Assembly (NCBI GenBank): GCA_951406725.2
Contig: OX597838.1
Location: 2,480,001-2,544,000 of the forward strand
Reading direction: 5' to 3'
DNA: 64,000 nt
Source of the DNA: Octopus vulgaris
Lineage: Eukaryota
Shown: piece by piece, positions 42,381 to 58,300 of the stretch
Numbering within the stretch: position 1 is the first letter of the stretch
Layout: the number at the start of each line of letters is the position of its first letter
Position numbers and translations under genes: made by a program
The notes under the pieces: model-generated
Databases searched by the model: none
The model's input: only the letters and a program-made list of their open reading frames with translations
Told to the model about the DNA's origin: nothing

Positions 42381-43402
42381 TACACATATATATATATATG
42401 TGTGTGTATATATATACATATATACACATATATATATATGTATATTATATTTGTATGTGAAATTATATATCTCTCTAAATACCTAATTGAGTATCTGAAA
42501 GTCTAATTAAACTAATTCACTCTCTCTGTTCCAGTCTTATTAGCAATCACGTTTCCTTAGCAATCCTTCAGCTAGGACACTGCTTTAAACATTAGTTTCA
42601 CAAACACTCTAACAGTGTTACCTAAATACTGTATTAGTGTGAGGTAAAGAATAAGGCGTGAGAGAGAGGGGGAGAAAGGACGATGTGTGATGGTAATTGG
42701 GATACTATTTTCACGCTTCTGTAAAAGTACAGGATGGTCACAGCTGGAAGGCCTTTTTTCATACGTTTGCTTAATCAGTCAGGCTTGATATGAGGCTAAA
42801 CAACAACGACAACGATGAAAATCATGGAGAGAATGAGCATGTAGCCATCACTCCGTCCATCCCTCCATCAATCTGATCACACACACACGCACACACACAC
42901 ACATATATATACATGCATATGTGAGTGTGTCACGCACACACAGACACACACACAGACGCACACAAATATATATGTATTTGTGTGTGTCATCGTTTGTGTA
43001 TCAAACTCGATGCATACACAACGTTAGAAGGCGAAATGCTGTGGAACTGTCTGGAAAACATCAATTCATGAGAGATTTCACCCCAGTCAATTCCACAGGC
43101 TTGTTGTTTCAAATATCGCGTATGCATCGAGCGTGTTGCATACATGGCAATTTGTTTGTGGATTAAAAAGACTACCAATTGTTTCATGCCAACGGAAATG
43201 TCTCTACAATTATCAAGCCTGCCATATGGGAACGTTGCTGCTCGTCACCGTCTTGAAATTATTATCCAAGATGGATACGAGTATCGACGTCCCACGAGGC
43301 AATGTGGGACACTTGATAATTATTGTCTTATTAACCCACAAATAAAGAATATTTACCTAATAATGCGCTCTTACACACTCATTCTCAATGTTCGATAATA
43401 GC

Positions 43403-43563
<161 letters not shown>

Positions 43564-44050
43564 GCACACACATACATATACACACACGCAGACATAGTAC
43601 ATCTGTAAATGATCTTACAAATATGCATCCATCTTACACGTACAAATATAAATCTTCGTATGAAATATGTTCAAAATGGATTTTAAAAAATGTGAAAAGC
43701 TTCGCCAGAAGAGACAGAAAGATATCATGGCAAACAGCAAAAAAGAGCAAAAATTGAGCCGCTTAAGCTGCCAATAAAAGAACACAGAAAAACAGCATTT
43801 TTGTGGCATTTTTTTCATATATATTCTTTTTTTTTTTGCATCTATTTTAACCTAATATCATAATACTTTTTTTATTCCGTGTATACATATTTTTTCTTAT
43901 TATTATCATTATTATTATCAGTAGTAGTAGAAGTAGTAGTAGTAGTTGTAGTAGTAGTAGTAATATTGTTATTTTTCTCAAATACACAAAAATGCACATG
44001 AAACGTATACATATATTAATACACATACATGTATATATATATACATATAC

Positions 44051-44087
<37 letters not shown>

Positions 44088-44740
44088 AGGATGAAACGAA
44101 AGCATTAGGAACAGTTTTAACAAAAATTATTGCGCCATGCCTAAGCTTAAAGAACCGCCTCTGGGTGTAGAGCCCTTTCCGACACTAGGGTTCTATCGCA
44201 GAGAATTTATAAGCTTTCATATTCCGGGTATATTCTGTTGTGTGTGTTTATTGATTTTTTTTTGTTGTTTTTTGTCACTGTTCCTTTGTGTTAATTCCTT
44301 GGTTTTGTTGTTATAGTAGTTTTTAGTTTAGTTTTTTTTTTCTTATAATTTTTCACTTCCGTTTCCGCTTGTATATTTTGGCTGTAGATTCTTTTTCTTT
44401 TCTTTTTTCATTATGTAACTTTTTTTCTTTTTTTCGCCAGATTGTTCATGAGATGGAAAATATAATTACAAAAGGAAAAAAAATAGTCATTGATAATATT
44501 ATCATCATAATTAATATTCTTATTAGTGTTAATATCAATCGAACAAGAAATCAGAATTTATTGTTATTAATACTGTTGTGTTGTAAATATTCAATATCAT
44601 TTTTTTTAAAATTTTGTGTTAAGAATTCAGTCATAGGTTGTTTTCTTGTCGTATGCGTTTCTATTGTTTAACAATTAATGAGATCTTATTTTAGTCTTGA
44701 TTTACAATATCTGTAATGTACATACATATATGAATATATA

Positions 44741-44804
<64 letters not shown>

Positions 44805-44832
44805 TATATTCATATATGTATATATATACATA

Positions 44833-44910
<78 letters not shown>

Positions 44911-44968
44911 TATTTTCATATGTGCATATTTATGCATATACATATATACATATACAAACAGGTGTGTG

Positions 44969-45011
<43 letters not shown>

Positions 45012-45590
45012 CTGTTCTGTATATACAGGTGTATATAGGCATGCGTGTAAGTATAGATGGATGGATAAGACCGACGGATGTGTGTTAAGATGTAATCATT
45101 TTGATAAGTTAGGACTTTAATTGGTAACTTTTAAAGTTCGTGATAATTATATAAAGTAGAAAGAAAAACAACATTGGTGAGAAAGAGTAAAATTTGTTGT
45201 GAGGGAGAATATTGGAAGAGGGGGGGTTGTGGTTTAATTGCATTTGTAATTGTTAGAGTAGATGAATTAGAAAAGGGGAGGAAGAAAAAGAAGAAAAGAA
45301 GAGAAGGAAAGGGATTCAGAGTGGAAAGAGGAGGAGAAGAAATAGAGCGTGAAGAGGATGGAAATCTGGTTATTAAAAATACGAAAAATATCGTGTTAAT
45401 AGTAGAATCAATAAAATATAGAACGAGAATAATACCAAAGTGATTGATATACAAGAAGCATGCGTACGTATATTCAAACACGTGCATACGAACATGCAAT
45501 CATGCAAATGTGCATGGAATCATATATATACATATATATATACATATACATATATATATATATACATATATATATACATATATATATATG

Positions 45591-45720
<130 letters not shown>

Positions 45721-46384
45721 CATACAAGTATACATAAACACAGAGCTGTACACATGAATCTGTAATTTTCCAAATATGACAGAATGACAAACCTAACTTG
45801 ATTTTCACTATTAATATTTCAGAAATTTAATTTCTGTCATCTGCTGGCCGTCAATTATTGAAATAATTTTACAGCATCGCCATGTTCCTTTACTACGTTT
45901 TAATATCCAGTTTCTGAAACACAACATTACATTATTTTCAAGAATATTCTCCTTCATTTCTGCAGTGAAGTTTTTTCCTAAGCATATCCCATTTGTCCAA
46001 TATATTTCTTAATTACATTCATTATTTTATCATGGCTGTGTATATGTCTGAAACTAAAATCATGTTCTCGGTACATTCCATATACTTCTTTATCGTTAGT
46101 ATCCTTTTTTTTCTTGTTTGTTCCTCTCTTTTTTTCTGCTATTTGAGTGTACCGTGTGGTCGATCTCACTCTATGGTGTTTAGATTTTATTTAACTTTCA
46201 CATTTATTATCTTGATTCTGTTACCCTATGTACTATATCATGAACTACGTTTCATTTATAATTCCTGTCTAAAGTATAATATTTTAGATATTTGGATATT
46301 CAGGCAGATGACTACGTAGAGAGATAGTGAAATAGTTACGTAGATACATATATATTACATGGACATACAATACTTATTTAGACG

Positions 46385-47235
<851 letters not shown>

Positions 47236-47596
47236 CATTAGTAGGGGAATGAGACACTGTGAAAAAATAATAACTAGATTTCAGTATCCATGTGTGAATC
47301 AAATATATTTTATAAGAATGAAAATGTGTGAATAGATGTCTATCTGGACGTATGTGTGTGTGCGTCTACGGATATAAGGTCAGGCAGCAAAGAGAAATGT
47401 GAATTAAAAACATAGATAATCACACACGCACACACACATATACATATACATTTACATATATATATGTGCATACATATATACATGTTGTATATACATACAT
47501 ATATACGTAGACAATATTGTTTTGTTTTCTTCATATCTATATAGACACACACTAACACATATTTCCTACGGCAGGTATGTTTATGCAGATGCATAC

Positions 47597-47674
<78 letters not shown>

Positions 47675-48194
47675 GTATATATATATACATATACATATAT
47701 ATATGTATATGTATATATTTGTGTGCGCGTGTGCGAACATATGTGTTTGCATACATATATTAGTTCATGGTATTATATATATAAAAACGAACAAACAAAC
47801 AAACCGTACGGTTTAATATGTACATATATATACATTTAATAGACCAGCATTTGCTGTATTGTTGCTCTTGAGGAAATTCTCTTGTACTCCATCCAAAATT
47901 CGGTTTCTTTCGCATAACTGCTCACTCTTTCATGCTTCATTTTCTCCTCCATGTTGGGATAACAAGGTTTTGGACACGAAAAAAATAAAAATAAAAAACA
48001 TTTTTTTTTCACAAAATATTCGAAAAAATGTACAGTTTGTAAGTGTCAAAACTGACTTCTTTAACAAGGAAAAAAAACGTTACTTGCTTGCACTCTGATT
48101 CATCGATACACTCATAACTCACACACACACATATATACGCATACATATCATACATATATACGCATATATATGAAGATTTATACATGTACCCGGT

Positions 48195-48264
<70 letters not shown>

Positions 48265-48434
48265 CATACATATATACATATATATTGGGGATAATTCCTT
48301 GATTTCAATTAATATTTATCGTTTTTCAACATGGAGAACGATAACAAAATGGAAAGTACCAGAATTCTTTCATAAATACGTGAAATTCATAAATATTTTC
48401 GGAATCTCTGAATTTACAGTCTTGGACAAGTGTT

Positions 48435-48882
<448 letters not shown>

Positions 48883-48999
48883 TGCCCTAATCATTGCTAT
48901 TTTCGTCTCATCTGTTTGCTTGAATGATTAAAAATCATATACATGCGTGTGTATATATATATATGTTTATATATATAATTAAACAGAGAAAACGTATAT

Positions 49000-49064
<65 letters not shown>

Positions 49065-49165
49065 TAAATAGATAGATGGATAGATAGATTACAACTTTGT
49101 ATTTAGACTTTTTTCTGTGTCGCGTATCGTCTGCTTTTATTGCGATGCAAGAAATCCATCGCAAC

Positions 49166-49214
<49 letters not shown>

Positions 49215-49692
49215 AGTAGTTGCTGTTGTTGTTGTTGCTGTTGTCTCACCTCCCAGATCAATGTTCTTATCCATACATTTATGGTGATCATCATCTTCAT
49301 CACCGCCATCATCCTTATCATCATAGTCGTCAACATCACAATGATGACAACATATTTCCGCCTTACTGGTCCTGAAAAAATATTTTAATAAATGTAGGTG
49401 GCGGGCTGTTCTTTAGAGGATGGTACGTTAGTTTATCTCAACCAACCCACTCCCGGTACTTGGGTGATCTGTCTGAGGATCGAACCCTCAGTCGCATCAG
49501 TATTTTCCCACCACATAACGTTTACTTTATGATTTTTTTTTTTTTACGTGGCCAGCCGGAAATATGGAAGGTAAAATTGACTTCAATGGTGATTCATCTC
49601 AAACCATAAGACAAATATAACAAAACAACCAGAAAATGTGTATGACTACTACTAATACTACTAGCAATAACAACAACAATAATGATGATAAC

Positions 49693-49762
<70 letters not shown>

Positions 49763-50569
49763 GTAATAATAATGCTAATAATAATGCTAATAATAATAAT
49801 AAAACAATTGTATAATGGCAAGAAAAAATAGTAGATTAGGGTAAAGGGAATGGAATAACCGAAAATCCTACACCATTTTTTAATAGTGAATTAATTGATG
49901 TTGTTATAATTATTATTATCATTCTTCTTATTATTAACGTCATTATTGTTCAACATGGACGGGGATGTGAGATTTACCTGCCACCCCGCACCGTCAACAA
50001 GGATTATATTAGTATCAACATTTCATATATTATAAGGCTTTACTTAGTCGTGTTTGTTGTTGTTGCTGTTGTTGTTGTTGTTGTTCAGGTAAAGTGAAGC
50101 TAAATCTTGAGATAACGGGATGAAACTGAAATGTTAATTTTCATTAATTTATCATAAACCCATTAATTGCTGCGAAACAATACGCTTGTTCGGCGTTCCA
50201 CTGATTTTGCCAGTTGAACTCCCTTCATATAGAAGTAATTATAATCATTATTTAACTATGGTAATTAATGTTATCATCAGTAAATTTTTGTCAGAAGTTT
50301 AGGACGAATTTCTACCAAAAGGCGCGTTTCTATATTCCTGAGGTGTGGGGCAACATTGTTCTTGGAGGGCATTGTTGTTGTTGGTGGTGGTGGCGGTGGT
50401 GGAGACAGTGGGGGAGAGGGAAAAGAGGGAAAGGAGGAGGAGGAGGAATAAGATGTCGTTTTTGTTTGTCACAAGGTTGGAACTTCGTTGAGACCGGCCA
50501 CGCTGGATCGAATCACGTGAATGGTACATTTTGGCTCTCAATTAGCTTCCGAAGGAAAAACCGCCAAAC

Positions 50570-51060
50570 TGGACTCCTCTGAATATTTGTTTTCCAATTC
50601 TGAACATAGAGAGACCGAACGAAATACCGCTTGGCATTTTGTCCGGCACTGCAATGATTCTGGCATTCACAGCCTTCAATTCGTCCGTCACTTTTTACGT
50701 TTTCAGTAAGGGAGAAGCCATATACAACGACTTTCCCTATTATACGACTGGTATTTCATCTTACGAAACGTGTAAGTTTCCAAGGCAACATCGATCGTTT
50801 GGGAAGGCAAAGGGACGTAACTAAATACTGCATGGCATTTAGTACGCGCTCTACTCATCCTGACCAATCTAATTCTTTAATTTTGGGTTGATGGGGTTGG
50901 TCGATTTTAGTGACCCCAAACTGTGACTGGCACTTTATGTTGTAAGCTTCAAAAGGATAACAGGCGAAGTTCACCTCGGTTCTTTTTGGACATGAATGCA
51001 AAGTGCTGGAATAAATGCCGCTAAGCATTTTGTCCAGTACTCTATAGATTCTGACCGCTG
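50570..51060 (-). mobile_element. Decayed SINE family A copies
   Basis: cgaaataccgct..gcattttgtccggc and aaatgccgctaagcattttgtccag are reverse-complement heads. Confidence 0.6.
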
Positions 51061-51359
51061 TCCATCTTGATGATGATGATGATGACAACGACAACGACGA
51101 CGACAAAAATAACAGTAGAGGTGGTGTGGTTGATGGTGATGGGAGGAGGAGGGGATGAGGTGGGAGAGGAGGAAGAGGAGGGGGAGGGGGTGGGGGAGGA
51201 GGATGATGGATGGATGGATGGCTTTTTGAACATGGCTACAAGCCCAAAATTTTTGAGACGTAAAAAGAAATGTGAAGATAGTAACTGGTACTTAATTAAA
51301 CGTCACGGGATTTGAACGCAAAAAGAAAATCAACAAGGGCGATAACATCAACACCGTCC

Positions 51360-51425
<66 letters not shown>

Positions 51426-51659
51426 TTGTCATCGTAAGGCAAGAGGCAGATTCCCTCTTCGAAGTCGATTAATTCGACTAGGAATAAAGAGTTTTTTTTT
51501 ACTCTCGACCGATGAAGTGTAAAACACTACCAGCGGTTGGGTTTGAACTCAGAGACTGTACAGTACGTTAAAATAAACTGCAATCCTTCTGGCACTTTAC
51601 ACCGCTCTGGAAAGTTAAATTTTTAAAAAATTATAAAAAAGCAAGTACCCATAACAATG

Positions 51660-51728
<69 letters not shown>

Positions 51729-52810
51729 GATATGTATATATAGGCTTGGTTTTGTTTTTGATTTTTTGTTTTTTGTTTTTTGTAAAATCCCAACATTTGA
51801 CTCATGCAAAACCAACAAGAAAAAATCCTCAAACACCCATATATTATTGTTTTCTCTTTAGTCCTTGGCATATTTGGTCAGTCCTTGTTCATCTGGCACT
51901 TGTTGTTATAATTGTTGTTCTTGTTTTTGTTCCTGTTTGGAATAGAGTACTTATTTTTCTTGTTTTCCTTATATATTTTCTCATTTCACTTCATTTCTTT
52001 GTTCGTTTGTTTTTGTAATCAAAATGGCGACGAGCTTAAACGTCAAGCTTTCGCCATAACCAATTTTTTCAAACAGAAATAACAAGAACCTACATTCAGT
52101 ATCGAGTCAATATTTTGTTTGTTTCTTTTTTTCTTTTTAGTCAATAACATTTGTGTTTTTAGTTGTTAAATTTAAGAACACTTATTAATTAATTGATATA
52201 CATTTAAATTATTTTTTTAATTAACAATTATTATTCATTTATTCTTGATTATTAATTTAGTATGGAATTATTTGCCACTTTTTTTTTTCATATTTACTGA
52301 TGGCGGATGTTCTCTAAGTTTTGTTTTGAAGCGTATACCTGTGATATGGCTGGGGTAGTCTTTGTGTTGTTTCTATATTTTCATCATATTGACTGTATAT
52401 AACGAGTGTATATGTGGAAGTTTGCGGTTGCATTAATGAGAAAGAGCATATTCGTCGTATAATTTTAAAGAGACAGACAGATAAATTGAGGAAGAGCGAA
52501 AAGAAACCCTGATGTTATTTATGGAAATCTATTGTAAAATAAATGCAAAGACAATTTATTAACATTAACTATACACACACACACGTATGTGGATGCGTGT
52601 ATATATATATTATAGACGGATTGAAGGATTTATGCACATAAATACATGCGTACATACATTATTTTTGAAGAGTTGTAGATCAGAGATATATTTAATGCAG
52701 CCTACATCAGTAGGCAGCGGGTTGTTGTGTGTATACATGCCTTTTTATACATACGTGTATGTCTGTTTGCATTGGAATGTAGATCTATACGCAATGTGTG
52801 TGTTTATATA

Positions 52811-52878
<68 letters not shown>

Positions 52879-52908
52879 CATACATACATATATATATACA
52901 TATATTAG

Positions 52909-52985
<77 letters not shown>

Positions 52986-53365
52986 TGTATGTATGTATGT
53001 ATGTATGTATGTATGTATGTGTGTATATATATATATATGTGTCTCTGTGTGTGTAAGTTTGGGTGTGATATATGCATATGTGTGTGTGTATATATATAAT
53101 CGTAATGAGTTACAAAGTGAAGCATGGGCCCAGAGCTTTGAGCACAACACCTGTCAAGTGTGATGGACCAAGCTCTCGCGCCTTCGGTCACTTTATATTT
53201 GATGCCAATATCTGATAAAATATATACAATCAGTTTTAGTCCTATCTTTCTGTTTGTAGTACGACACATACACACACATGTACATGCACACACATACACA
53301 CATATATATATATTTATACATTTACATACATGTATGTGTACATATAAAAATATATCTATATATAT

Positions 53366-53403
<38 letters not shown>

Positions 53404-53845
53404 ATATATATACATACGTGTATATGTGCATATATGTATGTGTGCAAACATGTATGTATATGCTGTGTCGAACCAATTAGTCTTGGTGTACAGTTCCTGT
53501 GTACGAGAGTTTATGTGCGTTTATGTATATTTGGATTTAGACCGAAATAATTCCTTCCTCAGACAATTATCGTTTACTATAATCAGGCGTGTGTCTATTG
53601 ATTTTAATCGATAATGATGTTCTAGAGCTCTAAAGGTGGAAACCGTTTTGTACATTATTTCCTTCTCACGTTGTTATCTCGCATGCGAGTGTGTGTATCT
53701 TTCTTTTTATATTTGGACGGCGTAAGTGATTTTTAAAACTACTTCATGCCATACAAGTATTTGTAAGATATCAATCTTCAACATGTATAACAATTTAAGA
53801 ACTATACCTTAATATATAAATATATATATATAGATAGATACAGAC

Positions 53846-53904
<59 letters not shown>

Positions 53905-54959
53905 TGTATGTATGTATGTATATATTCGTGTGTATAACTAATTTACATATGTAGAAATATATAAGTATGTGTGTATATATTCTGCATGGATAACTGTTTA
54001 TGTACAACACATTTCGACGGATATGAAAGGCGACATATGTATGCATGTATGCATATATATTTATAACTATGTATAGGTATCATTATTAGTGAACGCTTAT
54101 ATATGTGAGTACTGTATATAAATGTATGTATGTAAGTATGTATGTATGTACATAATCTTTTATCCGTTTATATGGGCAAATATGTATTTATACATGTTTG
54201 TACCTAAGTAAATGTGCACGCATGTGCGCATATGTTGACTTATTAAACTTAGTTGATTAGCTATCGTAATGATAAAAAGTTTTAAAACAATATTTTGAAA
54301 TAGACTTAGATAAAATTTAAGAAAATTTTCAGAAACTGCAAAAATTAAAACAAATCGATGTGCATACATAAATATTAAAATTTTCGAAGAAATAGAAGAA
54401 AGAAAATAAGCATAAATCTAATATTATAAAACAATAGTTACACAGATAGAGAAGAGGAAGTGTGAGAAGAAAAATACAATAACAATGCTAATGATAATAA
54501 TACGTAGCATTGAATTAGTCGGTGGAAAAACAAATGAGATTTGAATTACAAAATAATTTCAAAATCATTTCAAAATAAAACATTAAACTTCTACGAAGGA
54601 AAAATGTAGATATATCAAGTAAATGTATTTAAAGAAGACATGGAGACATATAACGAAAGGAAATTAATAATAAAAATAATAATGATAATATATTTTGTGA
54701 AATAATGGAATATATACTGAAAAGAAAATATTTTCTGAATTAGTAAGAATTTGATATCTCAACAGGAAATGCTGTGAAACATACTCAGTGGAAGTACACT
54801 TGCATACGAACACGCTCACGCGCACGCATACGCAGACACGTACGTGCATATACACACACACACACACTCGTGAATATGTGTGAGTGTATCCATGTTTCCG
54901 TTAGTTTGAGCTTACATGTAAACATGCATTCATACGTATCTGTGTGCTTGTCAATGCAA

Positions 54960-55101
<142 letters not shown>

Positions 55102-55717
55102 GCATATATATAATTATATATATACATATATATATACATATATATATATATATATGGGAACCACCAAGCATGTCTATCATAGTCCAAATGGTTTTGAAGC
55201 TGCTAACTTGGCTAAGAAAAAAAAAACGTCAATTGATATGTTCTATATACGTGTGGTTTCGGTTGTTGTATGTCGGTGTTTGTGATGTGGTGGTGTTTAT
55301 GCTGTGTCACATTCATTCTTTGCATGTTTATATACATATTTCAATTAAATATATATATATGTATCTTCTTATTTATACATATATATATATATATATATAT
55401 TTCTCTTTCTCTCTCCTTCTGGATCTCTTTCTCTCTGTCTCTCTCTCCCTCTCTCTCTGAATTTATTCAGTACAATTTTACTTAGAATATTAATAACAAC
55501 AAAAACACATACAAGAAAACAAAACAAACAAAATAAAAACCAAGAAACAAACAGATATAACATGTAAATACAAAAGATATAAAAAAAACATTGGTTCTTA
55601 ATATAGATTCTGTTAATATGAAGAAAAAACAATGCAGGGTAGTAATAATAATAATATCAACAATAATAACATTATTATCATTATAATTATTATTATTACA
55701 ATAGAAGTAAAAATAAC

Positions 55718-55751
<34 letters not shown>

Positions 55752-55811
55752 TAGTAAGAATCATAAGTTGTTAATTATAAACTCTATACCAACAGTTACA
55801 GTAATCAAAAT

Positions 55812-55904
<93 letters not shown>

Positions 55905-56061
55905 TAAAACAAAACTTATATTTGCACGCACACTGTATTTTGTTTTCTTTTAGAATTTTCTGTATGATTTTTGTTGATTTTTTAAATTAAAAAATTTTTT
56001 TCGTATTTTTAATATTTTTTTTTTTTCTCTTTTTCTTTGAAGAATTCCTAATTAATCCTCC

Positions 56062-57015
56062 TTAAATTGGTTCCTGATTATGAACCACCTGTTCTTCCGT
56101 CCTGCTGCACGGAAGGTCAGTGTCGCTCATATAAATTTTTGATTTCGTTTTTTTGTCTTTTTTCGCCAGTCCGTACTGAACATGCGTGTAATAGAGTACA
56201 AAGTTACTCACAATAATGGGTACCGTAAAAGCAATCATAAGCAAACCGGAAATGGCACACAGTGACCCGATGATGTAGCCAAATGAGCTTTTCGGGTACA
56301 TGTCACCGTAACCAACTGTCGTCATGGTGACGACACTCCACCAGAAACCAATGGGAATGTTACTGAATCCCTCATTATTCTCAGCGAAATACATGAGCGA
56401 CGCAAAAATTACCATTCCAATCACTAAGAATACACTCATGAGTAAAAGTTCGTTGAAGCTGGCTTTTAAAGTGTAAAACAAAATCCAAAGTCCCGGTACG
56501 TGACGTATCAGGCGAAATATGCGAAACAGTCGCGTGACGCGTATAATAAACATAAAATCGACAAAGGACGCCTTGGGGCTTTGCAAAGGCGAAACTCTAA
56601 TAATAATCATTTGAACAAAATCCGGCAGAACGGCCAGAAAATCTATAACATTTTGCAATGAGAGCAAGAATTTTACCTTACGCGGCGTAAAAATGACTCG
56701 CATTAAGTATTCCAACGTGAAAAACATTAAGCATATCATATCAATGAAAACTATGGCGGGGTGTTCGACTTGTATATCGGGTGGGCCAGTCAAGTTTGTT
56801 GAATTATTGGTTGGGTCAAGCGCTGCGCTTGCCTGTGCGGCCCGCTGTAACATCATCTGTTTTTGTACTTTTCGGGCGCTACTCACGTGGAAATAACGGT
56901 ATATCATTTCCATGTTTTTCACAGACGACAAAGGAACTCGAAAGTTCGGATGTGTTTCGGCGCAGAAAGCAAAGATGGAAAATATCACAAACATAACTGA
57001 AACCCAGGCGTATAT
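56062..57015 (-). CDS. Shaw: Terminal coding exon (317 aa + stop) of a voltage-gated potassium channel, Kv3/Shaw-like (S1-S6, pore, short C-terminus); upstream T1 exon(s) outside window
   Basis: The ORF has S1 (IYAWVSVMFVIFSIFAFCAETHP), S3 NVIDFLAVLP, S4 RVTRLFRIFRLIRH, pore IPIGFWWSVVTMTTVGYGDMYP and S6 ...VPIIVSNFVLYYTH. TLKAS..EL, IPIGFWW and VSNF..YY.H fit Shaw/Kv3. A polypyrimidine tract plus CAG acceptor (ctttctcttttctttctcctccag) lies immediately 5' of 57015 (phase 0), and the TAA stop is at 56062-56064. The symbol is family-level only. Confidence 0.93.
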   Translation of the reverse strand: MYAWVSVMFVIFSIFAFCAETHPNFRVPLSSVKNMEMIYRYFHVSSARKVQKQMMLQRAAQASAALDPTNNSTNLTGPPDIQVEHPAIVFIDMICLMFFTLEYLMRVIFTPRKVKFLLSLQNVIDFLAVLPDFVQMIIIRVSPLQSPKASFVDFMFIIRVTRLFRIFRLIRHVPGLWILFYTLKASFNELLLMSVFLVIGMVIFASLMYFAENNEGFSNIPIGFWWSVVTMTTVGYGDMYPKSSFGYIIGSLCAISGLLMIAFTVPIIVSNFVLYYTHVQYGLAKKDKKTKSKIYMSDTDLPCSRTEEQVVHNQEPI

Positions 57016-57045
57016 CTGGAGGAGAAAGAAAAGAGAAAGAAAGAA
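57016..57045 (-). promoter_or_regulatory. 3' splice site (polypyrimidine tract + CAG) of the intron preceding the Kv exon
   Basis: The minus strand reads ...ctttctcttttctttctcctccag|ATA TAC GCC TGG, and Kv homology starts exactly at the junction. Confidence 0.85.
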
Positions 57046-57387
57046 CACATGTTAGATAGACATAGAAATCGTCAAATGGGGAGGAATCAAATAATCATAA
57101 GAAAGCATCTGTATACAGTAAATACCAAGAAAAAATATATAAAGTTCAAATTTACAGAAAACAAATCACGAAGACAGGTGAAGGAACAATAAACAGGAAG
57201 GATGGAAAAATCTTTGGTGTTTCGAGCCTACGCTCTTCGACGGAAATGATAGAGAGGAAAAAGAAGACCGGATGCCAAAAAATGGAGAGAGAAAAAATGT
57301 ATAGGTGATAACAGTTCAACATGAAATATATATATATGTATGTGTGAGTCTGTGTGCACGAGAGAATAAATAAAAAAATAAATATAC

Positions 57388-57418
<31 letters not shown>

Positions 57419-57839
57419 TATATGCATATACACACATATTTTTCAATCTAATATTTACAGGATATTATTTATAGCTTTATATACACTTCAAGAACCAAAC
57501 ATAAATATATAACTGAAATATTACTGAATAATTTTACGAGAATTCATTGGAATTTTAAGAATGAAAAATTTCACTTCAATGTTTCAAGTTGCTCGCCGCC
57601 ATTAATCATCGTTTTCATTGTAAAAAAAAAATAATACATACATTTTTTATACATATATTATGTTTGTCCATATGTACTTGTGTGTGTGCGCGCGCGCGTG
57701 TGTGTGTGTGACTGTCTGTTTGTTTACCTATGCAAAGATGTATCTGTAAGCTTCGAAAACTTAGATGAAAATACTTAGCAAGTTTCAGTAATATGTTTGG
57801 AGATACACATACATAGAATTTCAGGTACATACACACATA

Positions 57840-58051
57840 ATGCATATACAGACACATATATATATACATACACAGACCTACATACATACATACGTAAATG
57901 CATACACACATACATACATACATACATACATACATACATACACACACACATACATACATACATACATACATACATACACACACACATACATACATACATA
58001 CATACATACATACATACATACATACATACGTACGTACGTACATACATACAT

Positions 58052-58082
<31 letters not shown>

Positions 58083-58300
58083 TACATACATACATAAATA
58101 CACACACACACATACATACATAGATACATACATACATACATACATACATACATACGTACGTACGTACATACATACATACATACATACATACATACATACA
58201 TACACACACACGCACATACATACATAGATACATACATACATACATACATACATACATACATACATACATACATACATACATACATACATACATACACACA
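57840..58300. repeat. Long (ACAT)n microsatellite in the Kv intron
   Basis: Visible directly. It is the source of the MYVC/HTYI ORFs. Confidence 0.95.

Noticed and set aside
57016-57048. N-terminal MFFLSLFFLLQ of the 328-aa Kv ORF as a real start or signal peptide
   Set aside because: It is the translated polypyrimidine tract and acceptor. Kv channels need an upstream T1 domain, which I could not find in 57016-64000.
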